Part shown: in pieces, positions 26,436-40,373 of the stretch | Layout of the letters: each line of letters opens with the position of its first letter | Numbering within the stretch: the stretch's first letter is position 1 | Origin: Octopus bimaculoides | Lineage: Eukaryota | DNA: 64,000 nucleotides | Direction of reading: 5' to 3' | Assembly (NCBI RefSeq): GCF_001194135.2 | Contig: NC_068983.1 | Span: 59,792,071-59,856,070 of the forward strand | Position numbers and translations under genes: made by a program | The notes under the pieces: model-generated | The model's database searches: none | What the model saw: only the letters and a program-made list of their open reading frames with translations | What the model was told of the DNA's origin: nothing

Positions 26436-28571
26436 ATTTATATTTTGGCACAATAAAATGTCTTTGGATCAGTTTCCCAATTTCTTTCATTGGTTCATAC
26501 TTTCTGAGTTTAGTTAAAACAACAACAACAATTATTTATTTTTTCTTAAATGATAACGTATGGAGATTATTGTATAACACTGAAGATTAAATTATTTTTT
26601 ATGAACATCAAAAATTACTTTGTACAGCATTTCTAAGTTTTTTGATTTTTTCTGGTTACTTTTATTTATTTTTTTTTTTTTCATCTTTTCATTTTTATAG
26701 TCTGTTCAATCTATTTGATAAAGACAATAATAGGCTATATGAAAACAGAATACCTGTTCATTTTTGAATAAAATAAAGCTGTTCTTTTACATCTATTGCC
26801 ATAGTTCTCTACCTTCTCTCATCATTGCTTCTCGTCTTAATCAGTTTGTTTCATGATTCAAAATTAAATTCATTCTCAAACTAGTCAATAGTATATATAT
26901 GTTATCATATTTAAATTTATTTTAGCTTTTCTAATTTGCTCTGTGTTGTGCAGAAAGACATATTTTTAAATTATTCAATTATATATACTACATGATATTT
27001 AAATTTATTTCTGTTCTTTAGATTTGATCTATGTTATGCATAAAATAGATATTGTTTATTTAATGAGGAGGTATTAAAGTATAAATATGCATATTAGGCT
27101 ATCCACCATAGTGTTAGCCTATTTCATGATTGCTTTATAAGCAGTTGATCTATACTTTTGATTGAAAAAGGAAGTATGTCGTTAACTAAAAATTTTCTAA
27201 GTGGTGCACCAGCATGGCCGCCGTCTAATGACTGAAACAAGTAAAAGATAAAGGATGATAGCATCTGACTTAAGCAGGTATTAACTAGTGAATTAAAATT
27301 TATTTGAATGTGTGATAAGTCATTCAACTTAAACTTCATGGAATAAAGAATGAATCTACGAATTCTTTCTATTCCTCCGTTTTTTTTAGTAAACAATTAC
27401 ATGTTTTAACTTCTTTAGAATATGAATAAAACAATTTACGATGGAATCTATTATCATTCAGAATATTTAATTTTAGCAAAGTCCTTATTCAAAGCAAACC
27501 CCACAAAGCATTGTCTTTTGATACTTGACTTACTATAGTTCACCATCACTGTTTTGTTAAATATTTTAGTTTTAATGAACACCTCAGGCTAATTTTTAAG
27601 AGTATAGAATGAAATAATATCTGCTAAACATTTTTTTTTTTTTAATTATTTGATTGTTTTAAAATAACTTTATATAATGAGCAAATCTTAAGGAACAGCT
27701 ATCATATCACCTTTCTTCTGTTTCAACTGGTTTACTATTTCTTCATTGTTAGTTTTTTGGGGTTTTTTTCAAAGGTTTCTTTTGTGAATCTCTTCCCTTT
27801 TACTTGTTTCAGTCATTAGACTACAGCCATGCTGAGGCACTGCCTGGAAGCATTTCAGTCAACTGAATTGACCCCATTGCTTTTTTTTTTTTTAATCCTG
27901 GTACTTATTCTATTAGTGTCTTTTGCCAAAGTGCTAAGTTATGAGGATCTAAACACACCAATACCAGTTGTCAAGTGGTGGTGTTGGAGGCAGGCACAAA
28001 GGCATACACATACACACACACACACACACACAATGGGTTTCTTTCAGTTTCCATCTACCAAATCCACTCACAAAGCTTTGGTCAGTCTGAGACTATAGTA
28101 GAAGGCACTAGCCCAGTGTGTCATGCAGTGGGACTGAACCTGGAACCATGTGGTTTGAAAGCAAACTTTTTACCACACAGCCATGCATCATTCATTCAAT
28201 TATGTCACACTGTTCTTATACATTGAAACATTTGAGTGAATTTTCACTTTGGGAGATGAGTATTAACTTCCTTATACATAATTTCAAAAGAATTGTGTAT
28301 TTCAGATTAAATATGTTATGTGGAGGTGCTTGCATTCTGTGGTGAAAAAAATGATAATAGTAAAATAGCTGTAGTACAGATTTATATCAGTGCATCATTT
28401 AGATTATTTGAAATATATTATTTCTTAATTATTTCCTTTCCCTATTCTATTCTCCATTTCCTATGTATCAGTCAAGCACTAGGGTCAATGCAATCAGTTT
28501 GCCCCATCCCCTTAAAATTTCAGGCCTTATACCTATAGTAGAAAGTATTATTATTATTATTATTATTATTT

Positions 28572-28750
28572 CTTTTTATCACATGTTGTGTTGGAATTCC
28601 TGGAGTCTTGCATGTATCGCAGGCTTGCAACCTGCAGCCTATGGTACCATGCTATCCATTCTTTCCTGATATCTAATACTTTCCTAATTATTTTGGCCAT
28701 GCCAAGGATGCAAGCCTTTTGTAACAGTTTTACTGGGCACTCTATTCCAA
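28572..28750 (-). mobile_element. 3' end of a second, diverged R4/Dong-type element
   Basis: Minus strand translates GIECPVKLLQKACILGMAKIIRKVLDI, the same terminal LQK..LG.A.I.RKVL motif. Flanked on both sides by (TAA)n. Confidence 0.65.
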
Positions 28751-28859
<109 letters not shown>

Positions 28860-28861
28860 GA

Positions 28862-29530
28862 CGTTGCACAGTATACAATATTGTGAGGTTGTTGATTGAA
28901 GATATTGTGTCTACCGGGGGTTTGTACTGTTTGTCAAGTCACAACATGGATCTCAGACAGACAGTACTTTACGCAATATGCGTGCAGTTCCAAGTAATGT
29001 CAACTTTTGCAATACATCTAGATTGTAAGGTATTTCTAAGGTTTTCAGATGTTTTTTTCACATTGGGTGGTATTGAGTCTAATGCTGCGATGACAATAGT
29101 GATAACCTTTATGTTTAACTTTCGTAGCTGCCACATCTTAGCGATCTCAGTTCTCAGGTCTCCATATTTATCAACCTTTTCTCTTTCTTTCATAATGATA
29201 TGTTGATCTCCTAGTACTGCTATGTCAATTATTAGGCATTCTTGTTTGTCCCTCCTAAAGATTACCATATTTGACTTTCGGTGCGCTAACACCTTCCCAA
29301 AGTCCCAGAGGATTTTTGCCTTCCTCTTTTCATTCATTATCTTTTCTGGCGTATGTTGGTACCAAGCACCCATAACCTCATATTCATGCTTACAGTATAA
29401 TAGCCAGTGGAGGTTTTGGGCTACCTTGTAATGTCTATGCTTGTACTCTTTCTGCGCAAGACTTTCACAAGCACTAACAATGTGAGTCACACTTTCAACC
29501 CTCTTCCCACACATTCTGCAGAACCCCAAA
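28862..29530 (-). mobile_element. 5'-truncated R4/Dong-type non-LTR retrotransposon (CCHC knuckle plus restriction-like endonuclease) followed by (TAA)n
   Basis: ORF 28969..29529(-) has CRMCGKRVESVTHIVSAC (zinc knuckle), YKHRH, KILWD, IIDIAV and EKVDKYGDL. A frameshift in an A-run restores the C-terminus ...LQKLTLLGTARILRKVLSV*. A short 3' UTR then the (TAA)n tract follow. Confidence 0.85.
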
Positions 29531-29824
29531 CTCTTTATTTTACTTTGGTAGAAATCATCATTATTTGTTATTTTATTTTACAAACACATAAAAATTATTT
29601 GGTTATAACAGCAGTAGATTTTGAAATTATTATTTCCTTTTATTTCTGGAACTACTAAATTAGTTTTTAAAATCAATAAATTTTTTTTATTACCACTCAA
29701 ATAGCTTATTATTACTAAAACTAATTCAATTCACATTATAACAATTAATAGCCTATACCTAATCTGTCACACTCTTCTGAACATTGGATTTACTCAACTT
29801 GGTGAAATTTTAATCTCAAGCATT

Positions 29825-30470
29825 GTACTTCAGGAAGCGTTGAATTTTGGAAGGATGCAGTATCCTGACAAGTAACCACCAATATAGGTTGTTTTATTCC
29901 ATGCTTCGACAGTTTTGAGCATAAAAAAACCGTTTCTGAAAGTTGTGGGTGTTGCACATTTTTTTATATAGATGCCCACAAGTGGTCAGATATTAAATTC
30001 AAAAAGATGGCCAAAACATGTGAGAACTTTTCCTTTCATAAAAGCTCCCCTACTCCACTCTTCCAAAAGCTGCAAGAAATTATATTTCCATTTTATGTTA
30101 ATTACTGTCAGTCATGCATTCTCACCTTTTCCAGCCAAATGTTGCCAGCAGTCAAAGCAATGCCTATATATTGATTGGAGTTTTATTGCCTGAAGTTAGA
30201 AAGATTTCATCATAAAGTTCTTGGGATAATCTCCAGATATCAATTTCAGATTGTAGCCATGGTTATCTTGAGATATTATTTTTATCCTAAGTCTACTTTA
30301 ATTTAGTAAATCTCCAAACATTTCTTTTTGTTTTAATATTGCTTGCCATCAATGTCACCTCCACATATTGCTTGTTCTAAGATTGCTTGGAGTTACAGAA
30401 ATCCCCAGATATTATTTTAGTCTAAGATCACTTGAAGTTATTGAGATTTCTTAGTATTATTGTCCCAGAA
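29825..30470 (-). mobile_element. Decayed CR1-type LINE 3' end
   Basis: Minus strand shows CGHLYK (RGH motif), FFMLKTVEAWNK and VVTCQDTASF, the typical CR1 ORF2 terminus, with frameshifts. Confidence 0.5.
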
Positions 30471-30533
30471 AGCCCCCTCCCCCTGACAGTTTTGTACTTT
30501 CTATGACTCAGGGTTACAGAAATCTTTACATAA

Positions 30534-30910
30534 GTGCAGGCATGGCTGTGTGGTAAGAAGTTTGCTTCCCAACCACATGGTTCTAGGTTCAGTCCCACTG
30601 CATGGCACCTTGGGCAACTGAGTTCAACTATAGCCTTGGGCTGACCAAAACCTCGTGAGTGGATTTAGTATACAGAAACTGAAAGAAGTCTGTCGTATGT
30701 GTGTGTGTGTGTCTTTGTGTTTGTTCCCCACCACTGCTTGACAACCAGTGTTGGTGTGTTTACATCCCAATAACTTAGCAGTTCTCAAATGTGACTGATA
30801 GAATAAGTACCAGGCTTAAAAGAAAAAGTAGTGGGATTGATTTTTTTCAACCAAAATGACTCAAGGCTGTGTCCCAGCATGGCTTAACGATTGAAAGAAG
30901 TAAAGGATAT
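30534..30910 (+). mobile_element. tRNA-derived SINE family A (representative copy). Other copies or fragments near 24170-24570(+), 27790-28185(-), 33215-33360(+), 35219-35390(+), 42580-42900(+, two heads), 51550-51860(-), 58620-59135(+), 61720-61810(-)
   Basis: Pol III A-box-like tggctgtgtgg and B-box-like ggttcagtccc; ccttgggcaa core; internal (GT)n; ...ccagcatggc...gaaacaagtaaaag-type tail. Many dispersed copies. Confidence 0.85.
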
Positions 30911-31009
30911 ACAGTTTTAAGTGTAAATTTGCTTGCAGTACAGTTTCTTCAAACCTCTCTGACTTTCTATCTCTATCTCTCCATATATATGCATATATAT
31001 ATATATGAC

Positions 31010-31215
31010 TGGCCTTCGTCCCTGTGGCACGTAAAAGCACCCACTACACTCTTGGAGTGGTTGGCATTAGGAAGGGCATCCAGCTATAGAAACTCTGCCA
31101 AATCAGATTGGAGCCTGGTGCAGCCATCTGGTTCGCCAGTCCTCAGTTAAATCGTCCAACTCATGCTAGCATGGAAAGCGGACGTTAAACGATGATGATG
31201 ATGATGATGATGATA
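31010..31215 (+). mobile_element. Short copy of the RTE LINE 3' UTR ending in (GAT)n. Similar fragments near 7130-7470(-), 11430-11600(-), 39400-39480(-), 50060-50140(+)
   Basis: gtaaaagcacccactacac...ggaagggcatccagct...catgctagcatggaaagcggacgttaaacgatgatgatg matches the tail that follows the RT fragment at 63110-63410. Confidence 0.75.
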
Positions 31216-31761
31216 TATATATATCTGTATATATATACATACATACAGAGAGAGAGAGAGAGTGGAGGGAGAAAGAAAGGAAGATATAATAAATAGATAC
31301 ATTATGCTCTGTACTTTCTGGTTCATATAAGAGTCTGGTATGATGGACACCAGTGACATCTCACCACCTCATCAATATGCTTCATACGTGTACTGAGGTC
31401 TAATAACTGGTTTATTAGTCTTGCTATAGCAAAGCAGAATTATAAAATATACATTCATACACAAACCCATATACACACACACATTCACACACACATATGA
31501 ATCTAATCTTCGATATTTTCAATATTAGATGGTAAACTGTGATAATGATTTGAAAATATTTGTTTTACAACAGATAAGTGTATTATCTCAATAAGGTTTT
31601 TTAATTAAACAGAGCTAACTCAATATTCTAATGAATTTTGTGGATGTATAATATAATTTTTGCTTTAAATATAAATTTTCTTTACACTCCATCTCTCTCA
31701 ATTTTCTCTGTTGCTTATATAATGATGATGATGACGATGATGATGATGACGACGATAATAC

Positions 31762-31795
<34 letters not shown>

Positions 31796-33430
31796 CTTGA
31801 TATGAAAATAAAATATATATTTCATGCACTCCTCTTTCACTTTTTTCTACAAATATTATAATCCTCTATTTCATAAATTATTATTCTCTTTAAGCAGGAA
31901 ATCATGAAATTAAAATAATAAAAATCAATCAAGCCAAAACTCTTTGAACTAAATTTTTATAATCATATCATTGACCCACAGCAACATAATTTTATGTAGA
32001 AATAAAAAAATTTTAAATTTTCTATTTATAATAAAGACATTTTGGTGAGATGAAACAATTATACATTTTTATTGTTGCATGAACATATTAAATTACCAGC
32101 TTTGTAATTACAATAAATCAACTTCCTTTTTTTTTTTTTTGGTATCTAGTGAAGGAGACTCTATGATTCAATTTTCAGGGAAATAAAACATTTTTCCAGA
32201 TCAAAGATAACGCGTAAAGTGCTGTTCAGCTTTAACTGAACATCTAAATATCCCTGCATACAAATCCTCATCATTTCCTAATAAACAAGCTCTTGTGGAA
32301 TTAAAACTTTGTGTCAATGATCTCGTAAAGAGTGGTGCCATCTAAAGAAATAGATTCGTGTTGAAATTAGTAATCATTCATCCCAGAACTCTTTTAATTT
32401 AAATTAGAATTTCTCAACTGCTGGTTTTATAATTACTAATGGATTGTTTCATCTTTAGCTTAAAGGATAGGCTCCTAATTTTTCCAAATATTCTTCTGCC
32501 TTTTTCCATCGATTTCCATTCATTGGAAATTTTTATGTTAAATTTTTATTATCTCTTTTTGAAGCTTCAGGAAGTATACTCATGTTTAAATTTACGAGAA
32601 ATACAATGAAAGGAAAACTAATACAACAATTGTTTTGTTTGGGGTTATTTTTACAATCTTTTCACATTTCCAACTTCCAAATTCTTTTGGATATTCAATC
32701 AATTAAATGTATTATTTCAAATTATTTCTGAATTATTACCATATTTAATTTTCAAAGTACAGAATTTTATATACACATCTGTTCGATACTTCAAACTATT
32801 ACTATATAATAGTAACTGATATAAATATTAGTTATTTAGGAATTTGATAAAAGTTAAGCCATATTTCCTATTATTATCCCATGTTGGCAATAGTATATTT
32901 CCAAAGTTTGTTCATCTTATGACAGGTAACTCTTTAGTTTTAAAATAATTTATGAAATTATTTAGCTTCCACTAATGGTATTTATTTTAATCTTGTGAAT
33001 TTATAAGTGATAATGTTCTTTTCTTCAGTTGTCTTTGAAATAGATAAGAACATTTATGTTTTAATAGCTCTCAATAAAATAAAATGCAGTCTTTGGAAAA
33101 CTTCGATTTAATTGTATCCTATTTAGTATGATTTTTGAAAATGATACAATCATCAGTCTTTGATTAGGATTCTGGAAACATTTACAAATAATTCTGTGGC
33201 CAATTTACATGTGGAATGGCTGTGCGGTTGAGAAGCTTGCTTCCTTAACCATGTGGTTTTGGGTTCAGTACTACTACGCAGTATCTTCTACTGTAGCCCC
33301 AAGCCAACCAAAGCATTGTGAGTGGATTTATTAGATGGAAACTGGAAGAAGTCCATCACAATGTAACCTCGTGGGCATCGGTACCATTTTCCTCTTTCTC
33401 TGTTCTTCCATTCTCCGAACTTTCCATCTT

Positions 33431-33460
33431 TCCGATGAAGGGCTACGCCCGAAACGTCAT
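33431..33460 (+). ncRNA. Degenerate minimal hammerhead motif in a probable Penelope-like 3' end
   Basis: CCGATGA-A-GGGC-TAC-GCCC-GAAA-CGTC. The core has a U4C change; stem II is 4 bp; helix III is the palindromic ACGT; the triplet is GTC; stem I is poor. Confidence 0.4.
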
Positions 33461-33546
33461 ACACTCTCTCTTTCCTTTCCTGAGCGTCCAATAACACTAT
33501 CCGTATCACGTCCTCACTTTGTTGTTTTTTTGTTATTGTTTTTTTT

Positions 33547-33589
<43 letters not shown>

Positions 33590-33665
33590 GTATATATGTG
33601 TATGTGTATTTATATATGTGTGTGTGTGTGTGTGTGAATGTATGTATGTATGTGTGCGTTTATAA

Positions 33666-33692
<27 letters not shown>

Positions 33693-33697
<5 letters not shown>

Positions 33698-34005
33698 TCT
33701 AAATGGTTGATATGGAAGACAGAGAGTACTAGAAACTTTATTTATCACAATTACCATTTCGGCATACTTCTGCACTGCTCCCTAGTGGGTGGGGAACAAT
33801 ATAATGAAATTGAATGCACCCAACAGTGCAGAAAGAAGCCTATTATGTCACCTGATGAGGTTTCTTCTGCACTGTGGATTGCATTCAATTTCATTATGTC
33901 ATTTCCCACCCACGAAGGAACAGAGCAGAAATATGCCAAAACGATCATTGGGATAAATAAAGTTTCCAGTACACTCTGTCTTCCTTATCAATCATTTAGA
34001 ATATA
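33693..34005. mobile_element. Foldback/MITE-like element with ~147-bp inverted arms
   Basis: Arms 33693-33840 and 33859-34005 are ~85% complementary by hand alignment, with an 18-nt spacer. The ORF track shows the same peptide ([13 protein letters not shown]) on both strands. Abuts a (TA)n tract. Confidence 0.8.
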
Positions 34006-34191
34006 CTCAACATGCACCAAGGAATTCTTAACATAGATCCAGTGACCAAACTCCATTTACCACAGATGATGCCTTGTAGCCATTAGTGGTGAAAGTGTTC
34101 TGCCAACATACTAATAGGAACATAGCCAAAATAAGGTTTGGATGCTAAATTTTAAAACATCACATCTAAATTTTAATTTTAATTATGACAG

Positions 34192-34267
<76 letters not shown>

Positions 34268-36744
34268 ATGTTTCTGTGTACTCTCATCTCAGCATTGCAT
34301 AATGATTATAAATGAGTATCACTATCATACAAATGGTGTTGTTCATTTTAAGTTTTCTGTGTAAAACATGTCTGGCCAAGGGAAAATATTACCTTGCTTG
34401 GAAACGGAGGAGGATTGGCAACAGGAAGTGCATCCAGCTGTAAAAAATCTGTCTTAACAAATTCTATTTGGCCTATGTAAGTGTGGAAAAACTAGCATTA
34501 TAATTTTGATGATGATGATTATTGTTGATACAAACCACTAATTTAGTGTGATATTAGTAATCTTAAAAATGTCTTGTGTAAATCTCATTTTGATTTATGT
34601 CTGTCATCTGTCATTTTGCTATACATCTGTATCTTTGTATATTTGTCAACAGGGAAGTCTGTGTTTAAATATAAATCAGAATACTATGGCCCTTGTTTAT
34701 AAGATAACAGCTGGGTAAATCATTAGAATCTAGATCTGCCAATTGACTGTTTAATAGTTTGTTATTCATCAACATCAATACTTTTCAAGAAGAGGATCAG
34801 TAGACCACTCATCTGCAAGAAGTCAAAGCATACAGCTGCATGAATATAGTATTATTTCATAATAATGTTGTGCTGAATTCAAATCCTCTTATAGGCAAAA
34901 CCCTTGAAAAGCCAGTGTTCTTCTACTGAGCCAAAACTGTCATAGTCACTGACTACTGTAAAACATGAAACAAGCTTAAGCTTTAGCACACATTCTCTGT
35001 TACATAAGATGCTGTCAGCCACAGAGTGATCACTATTATTTGTATGGGGCTGGGGTGGAAATCCTACTCAAGGTAAGTTTAGCCTACAGTCCTCCTAATA
35101 CTCCAGAACCACTTTTATGTTATTAATATCCAAAATATTCTTCATTTTAGTTATGTACTGATTACATCACAAAATAAAAAAAAAGTCATTTAATGAATTA
35201 TTTTATATACATCAATAGGATGGCCATGTAGTTAAGAAGTTCACTTCCCAACCATGTGGTTTTGAGTTCTGTCCCTCTGCATGGCACTATGAGCAAGTGC
35301 TTTCTATTATAGCCCTGGTCTGACCAAAGTATTGTAAGTGGTGGATTTGGTTGACTGAAACTGAGAGAAATCTATCATATTTATGTTTATATAAGTGTTT
35401 TTGTATTTCTTCCTATTTTTATGTATCTTTGCTAGTTATAAACAATGGCCTGGAAAGCAAATGGTATTTTTTACTTACAGTCTTCCACAAAAGCATGTCC
35501 AGGCTTCTTATAAAGTTGTGAGATGTTGCACAGCCTTTGAAAACAAACAGCTATCCACACAGTGTAGTTTATTTCTAGTTTGATGTGTAACCATGTCTGA
35601 GCTGTCGTTCAATACACTGGGCAGTTATTACCTCACTTGAGAACAGACAGGGATTGGTATCAGAGAGGGCATCTCTACCCTGACCTATTCCAGCCTAACC
35701 CAAGCAAGGATGGAAAATTTGATATTGAAACAATGATGATAATGATGATCAGTAGTCAACATGTTGCTATCAAACAACTGCTGTTGTTGTTGAGTTCCAA
35801 TTCCAAGCCTACCTTGACCCAGTAAACCTGTAATCAAAGACATTCTATCTAGACCCATCCTGTTTTTTTGTGCCCCAGAGACTACATTGTCCAATGTTCC
35901 AATGTATCCATCAATGGATTGGATTGTCTATGTTCAGTCTGCTGCAGGACAAAGGCCTCAGCATCTTCTTTCCTCCAACCATAGTCTGATGTGGAGGCCG
36001 TGAGTTTGAGCTTGAGATCATATTGGTTTAATGAGCTTTCTCTGCCACACTGACTCAACATGGCTTAGCAGAGAGATGCAGCATTTTTTATTTTATACTC
36101 TTACCCAGGAATAGCTAAGTCAATTACATCAACCCCATTACTCGTCTGGCACTTATTTTATTGACCCTCCCCCAACCCCAAAGGATGAAAAACAAAGTCA
36201 GCCTTGGCAGAATTTGAACTCAGAACATAAAGACAGACAAAATACTGCTAGGCATTTCACCTGGCATGCTAACAATTCCATCATTAACATGGTAAAAAGG
36301 GTGAGATTTGAAGGAAAACTGGCTGCTATCTCTTGCAAACTGAACCACTGTGGAGACATTTCCATGTGTATAGTACCTTTGTTTGTTGATATTACTAATC
36401 GACTAACATTTAACAAATTTACTTATCTTCACCAGATAAAACCATTAAATTAGCATGCAAAGCAAACAAATATTGTACAAGCAGAAATAAATAAATCCCC
36501 TAAGGCAGCCAAAAATGGTCTCCTTTAATTACTATATCCTATATGTTGAAGTCCTTGATAGTTTTTGGAATACTCCTGTCAATTGAAAGCCATTTAATAT
36601 CAGAGCTTTACTTGATAATTTGTCATCACTCAAATATTATGTGACTGTAAACATACATTAGGAACTTTTCTTTTTATCTTTCACTAAAATCCACAATGTT
36701 CAGCCAGACGAAGATCTTAAATTTCTCTGATCTAATAAAAGGCC

Positions 36745-37470
36745 AAAGTTAGCAGTAGTGGAGGAAGTTCTGATAGTGCAGTTGCTAGGATAAGAATAGG
36801 CTGAGTGAAGTTCAGAGAGCTTCTACCTTCCTCAGAGTGAAAGGCAGATTGTATGATACTTGTGTACATACAGCTATGTTACATGGCTATATGATACTTT
36901 TGTACATACAGCTATGCTACATGGCAGTGAAACAGGCTTTGGCTACAGAGGACTTGTGAAGGCTTGAAAGAAATGAAGCTAGCATACTCTGCGGGATGGG
37001 TAATGTCAGTATGCATGCACAACAGTGTAAATGATTTTAAGAGGAAAACTGGATATAAGTAAGAGAAACCAGATGTTGCTTGCAAGAGAGATAACTGTAC
37101 TGGTTTAGTTAGGTGATGCGTATGAACAAGGATAGCTGTGTAAAGAAGTGCCAATCTCTACTTGTGGAGGTTACCTGTGGAAAGGGTAGACTCAAGAAGA
37201 CATGGGATGAAGTGTGAGAAAGGATCTTCAGACATTGGGTCTCATTGAAGAAATGACAAGAGCCCAGGAGATGTGGCAATTTGCTGTACATGATAAGACA
37301 CATCAAGCTAAGTAAAATCGCTGTCTTCTACACATACAGGCTTGTCCTTTCAGGTGTTGGTGCCACTTAAAAAGCACCTGTGCCAGAGCTGCATTAATTC
37401 ACCTGTGCTGGTGCTATATACATGCATCCATGTTGGTGGCACATAGAAAGCATCCAGCACACTCTGCTAA
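36745..37470 (+). mobile_element. RTE-clade LINE 3' fragment, decayed, with an internal ~38-bp tandem duplication
   Basis: Reads ARIRIG*VKFRELL, LRVKGRLYDTCVHTAMLHG and RLERNEASIL; same family as 12505-13010; continues into the gtaaaagcacc-repeat 3' UTR. Confidence 0.75.
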
Positions 37471-39347
37471 GAGCTTGATCATATGCAGTAAGCAGTCAGT
37501 TGTCTCTCTCAGCAACTGGTTAGAACTTATGCAGTCATGCACAAGACACTTTCGTATATACACAAGGCTCATCTTTTAGCTGAAAAAATCCTTCATACAA
37601 AGGCATTACTTTCAAGTTAACCAATTCGTATTTTAGTGATTTTTGCCCCTTAAGATAACCTCTCAGGGTCTAGCACTTGGCATCACCTGTTTTACACTAG
37701 TCACAAGTTTTGAAGCGGGAATATAGAGAAATAAAATGAAAGTAATGCCATGTTTTTTAGTCAGGTTTGATAACAGATCTAACAATCTTATACTGTTGGC
37801 AAAGGTCACAAATATTTGAGAGCAGATACAATTGTTGGTGAGTGCATACTTTATTGATGCTAGAAAAATGAGAGGCAAAGTCAACTTCAGTGAAATTCAA
37901 ACCCAGAATATAAATGGATGAAACTAGATATTACAAAGCATCTTGTCCAATATTCTACCAATTCCAAGGATATTAAGAATTTAGATGTCTTCTCAGAGAT
38001 GTGTATCATGATATCTTCTTATATCATTGTGTTGTACCTTTAAGTTTCACAGTTAAATTTCCTTAGTGAAAGAATCTAAATGCGAAATGAGTGTCCAAAT
38101 TATAAAATCTTTAGAGATGTTTAATTAATCGTATTTCAAATGCAGTGGTGGGGTGGTGGTGATGTAATGGTGGTGAAGGTGCTGAAAGTGGGGGAGATGA
38201 TGGTGGTGTTTAGCTATAGTTGTGGTGATGTGATTAAGTTTGTAATGTATAGAAGATACACTGTCAATCAGTATAAGAGAGAGTGTGTATGGTCAACTGG
38301 GTTTTCAAATCTAAATACTATAATATATAGTTAACTGTTCTCAGATAGTTGAAATTACTTCTTGAGTTACATTTACTATTTTCTTATCTTAATCTTAAAC
38401 ATGAGCCAAGTAAAAATCTGTAGTAAATTTTGACATCTTTTATTAGTAGATTAGGTATTTAAATGTAATTTGAAATATCTGACATGCAACCCTCTCAATT
38501 GGTGTCATTCCAACTATTAAGGAGTAATTTAATAGCCGGTCAAAGAATTCTGCCAACTTAATCTTTTGCATTCCCTGAAGAAGTCACAGTAAATGGAATG
38601 TATTCTTTTTCTATCATTGACCTACTAAATAAATGGCTCAAAACATTATTTGACGCTAATATGTTCTGGCAGTTTTAACCGCAGTAACGGCAGAAAGTAG
38701 AAAACTGTTTTGAAATGCAAGCTGATGTGTGTAAGGTTTCCATGATTTGTATATAAAGAAAGTCATATGTCTTCATAAGAATAGTGACTAGAACTGGCTA
38801 TGATGTAGTGGTGATGTTCATTGGCTTGCCAGTAATATGGCTATGGGAAAAATACCTCAGGGGTAACTAATTGCATATCTTCTACTCCAATTTCCATTGA
38901 TTAAAAGATTTTTATCAAACAGATCATATTAGAGTAATCCCCTTATTTACTTTAAAATTTTACACAGTTGTAGAGGGAGTTTTTTCAAAGTAATTGCTTA
39001 GCTAATCTCAATTGATTGAACTTTTTCCACTCACTATATTAGGTATGAGAGACCATACCTTATTTGTATTTCCTTCACAGAATGATCCTCAAAGATATTT
39101 CCCTCAGCTATATTGTTGATAATCATAATTAGCTTCATTACATTCCATCTATCTTAATCATCATCATCACCACCCTTATTGGGTAGATTTTCTATGGCTA
39201 AAGGCCATTCTTGTCACCAACCCTCACTGGTTACCAAGCAAGATATTATTTCCCCATGATTAGACACGTTTTCATGAGAGAGCAGAAAGGATCAACACTG
39301 TGTTTGTGTGTGCATTTGCATGTGCATATACATATATATTTATATGT

Positions 39348-39394
<47 letters not shown>

Positions 39395-39492
39395 TCATCA
39401 TCATCATCGTTTAACATCCACTTTCCATGCTGGCATGAATTGGATGGTTTGACTGAAAACTGGCAAGCCAGAAGGCTGCATAGAAAGAGAGA

Positions 39493-39536
<44 letters not shown>

Positions 39537-40150
39537 CATGAATAGGCTAAGGTTCACTGCAGCTATTTCAGATGTGTTTTTATTGATGAATAAACTGATT
39601 ACATCATGAAAATTAATTATGTGTTTGTATGTTTTTGTGTCTGAGCTTTGCCTCCCCACCACCACTTAACAACTGGTGTCAGCGTGTTTACTTCCCTGTA
39701 ACTTAGAAGTTTGGTAAAAGAGACTATTAGAATAAATACCAGGCTTTCTTTAAAAAAAAAGTGCTCAGGTCAATTGTTTAACTAAAATTCTTCAAATTTG
39801 TGCCCCAGCAGGGCCACAGTCTAATGAGTGAAACAAGTAAAAGATAAAAACATAAAACAGATGCTCCTCTTATATCCATTGTGTTTCATTTCAAGACAAA
39901 ACTCATTGCTGACAGCACAACAGCCACAACTTCTTCAAATGGGAAAACCACCTGCAGTAATGATATTTACTTCACAAAGCCTACAAATATGTAATCATAG
40001 CTTTTAAAAAATATACAAGATGGAAGCCGTTCATGAATATACATTGTGGCAGTTTTCAATTAACTGTAATCAGATTCACAATTTTGGTTGTAGATCTGCC
40101 TTTGAGACCCTCTATATGATCATGTGACCTGCTAGAAATTTCCCATAATT

Positions 40151-40373
40151 TTAATCATTTTGTTACCATATTCCTGATGAAATGCACTGCCTTTGTTTCA
40201 AATAACTTTGAAAATAATGAGGAATTTAGTAAAATAATTTTGTTATTATTAAGTAGGTTTTCAGAACATAAATTAGCATGAAATTTTGATGGCAGTCTCT
40301 AATTTAGACCATTTTAAAACAGGAAGTTTGTATCATAGATGGTGTCAGGCAGTTTGGTATCTAAAGGAGTTAA
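40151..40373 (+). mobile_element. piggyBac-like MITE, full-length decayed copy
   Basis: TTAA...ggtatctaaaggagTTAA; same core. Confidence 0.55.

Noticed and set aside
35019-35072. 54-nt open segment (PQSDHYYLYGAGVEILLK) before a strong AAG|GTAAGT donor
   Set aside because: No polypyrimidine tract at the acceptor and no similarity to the expected downstream exon.
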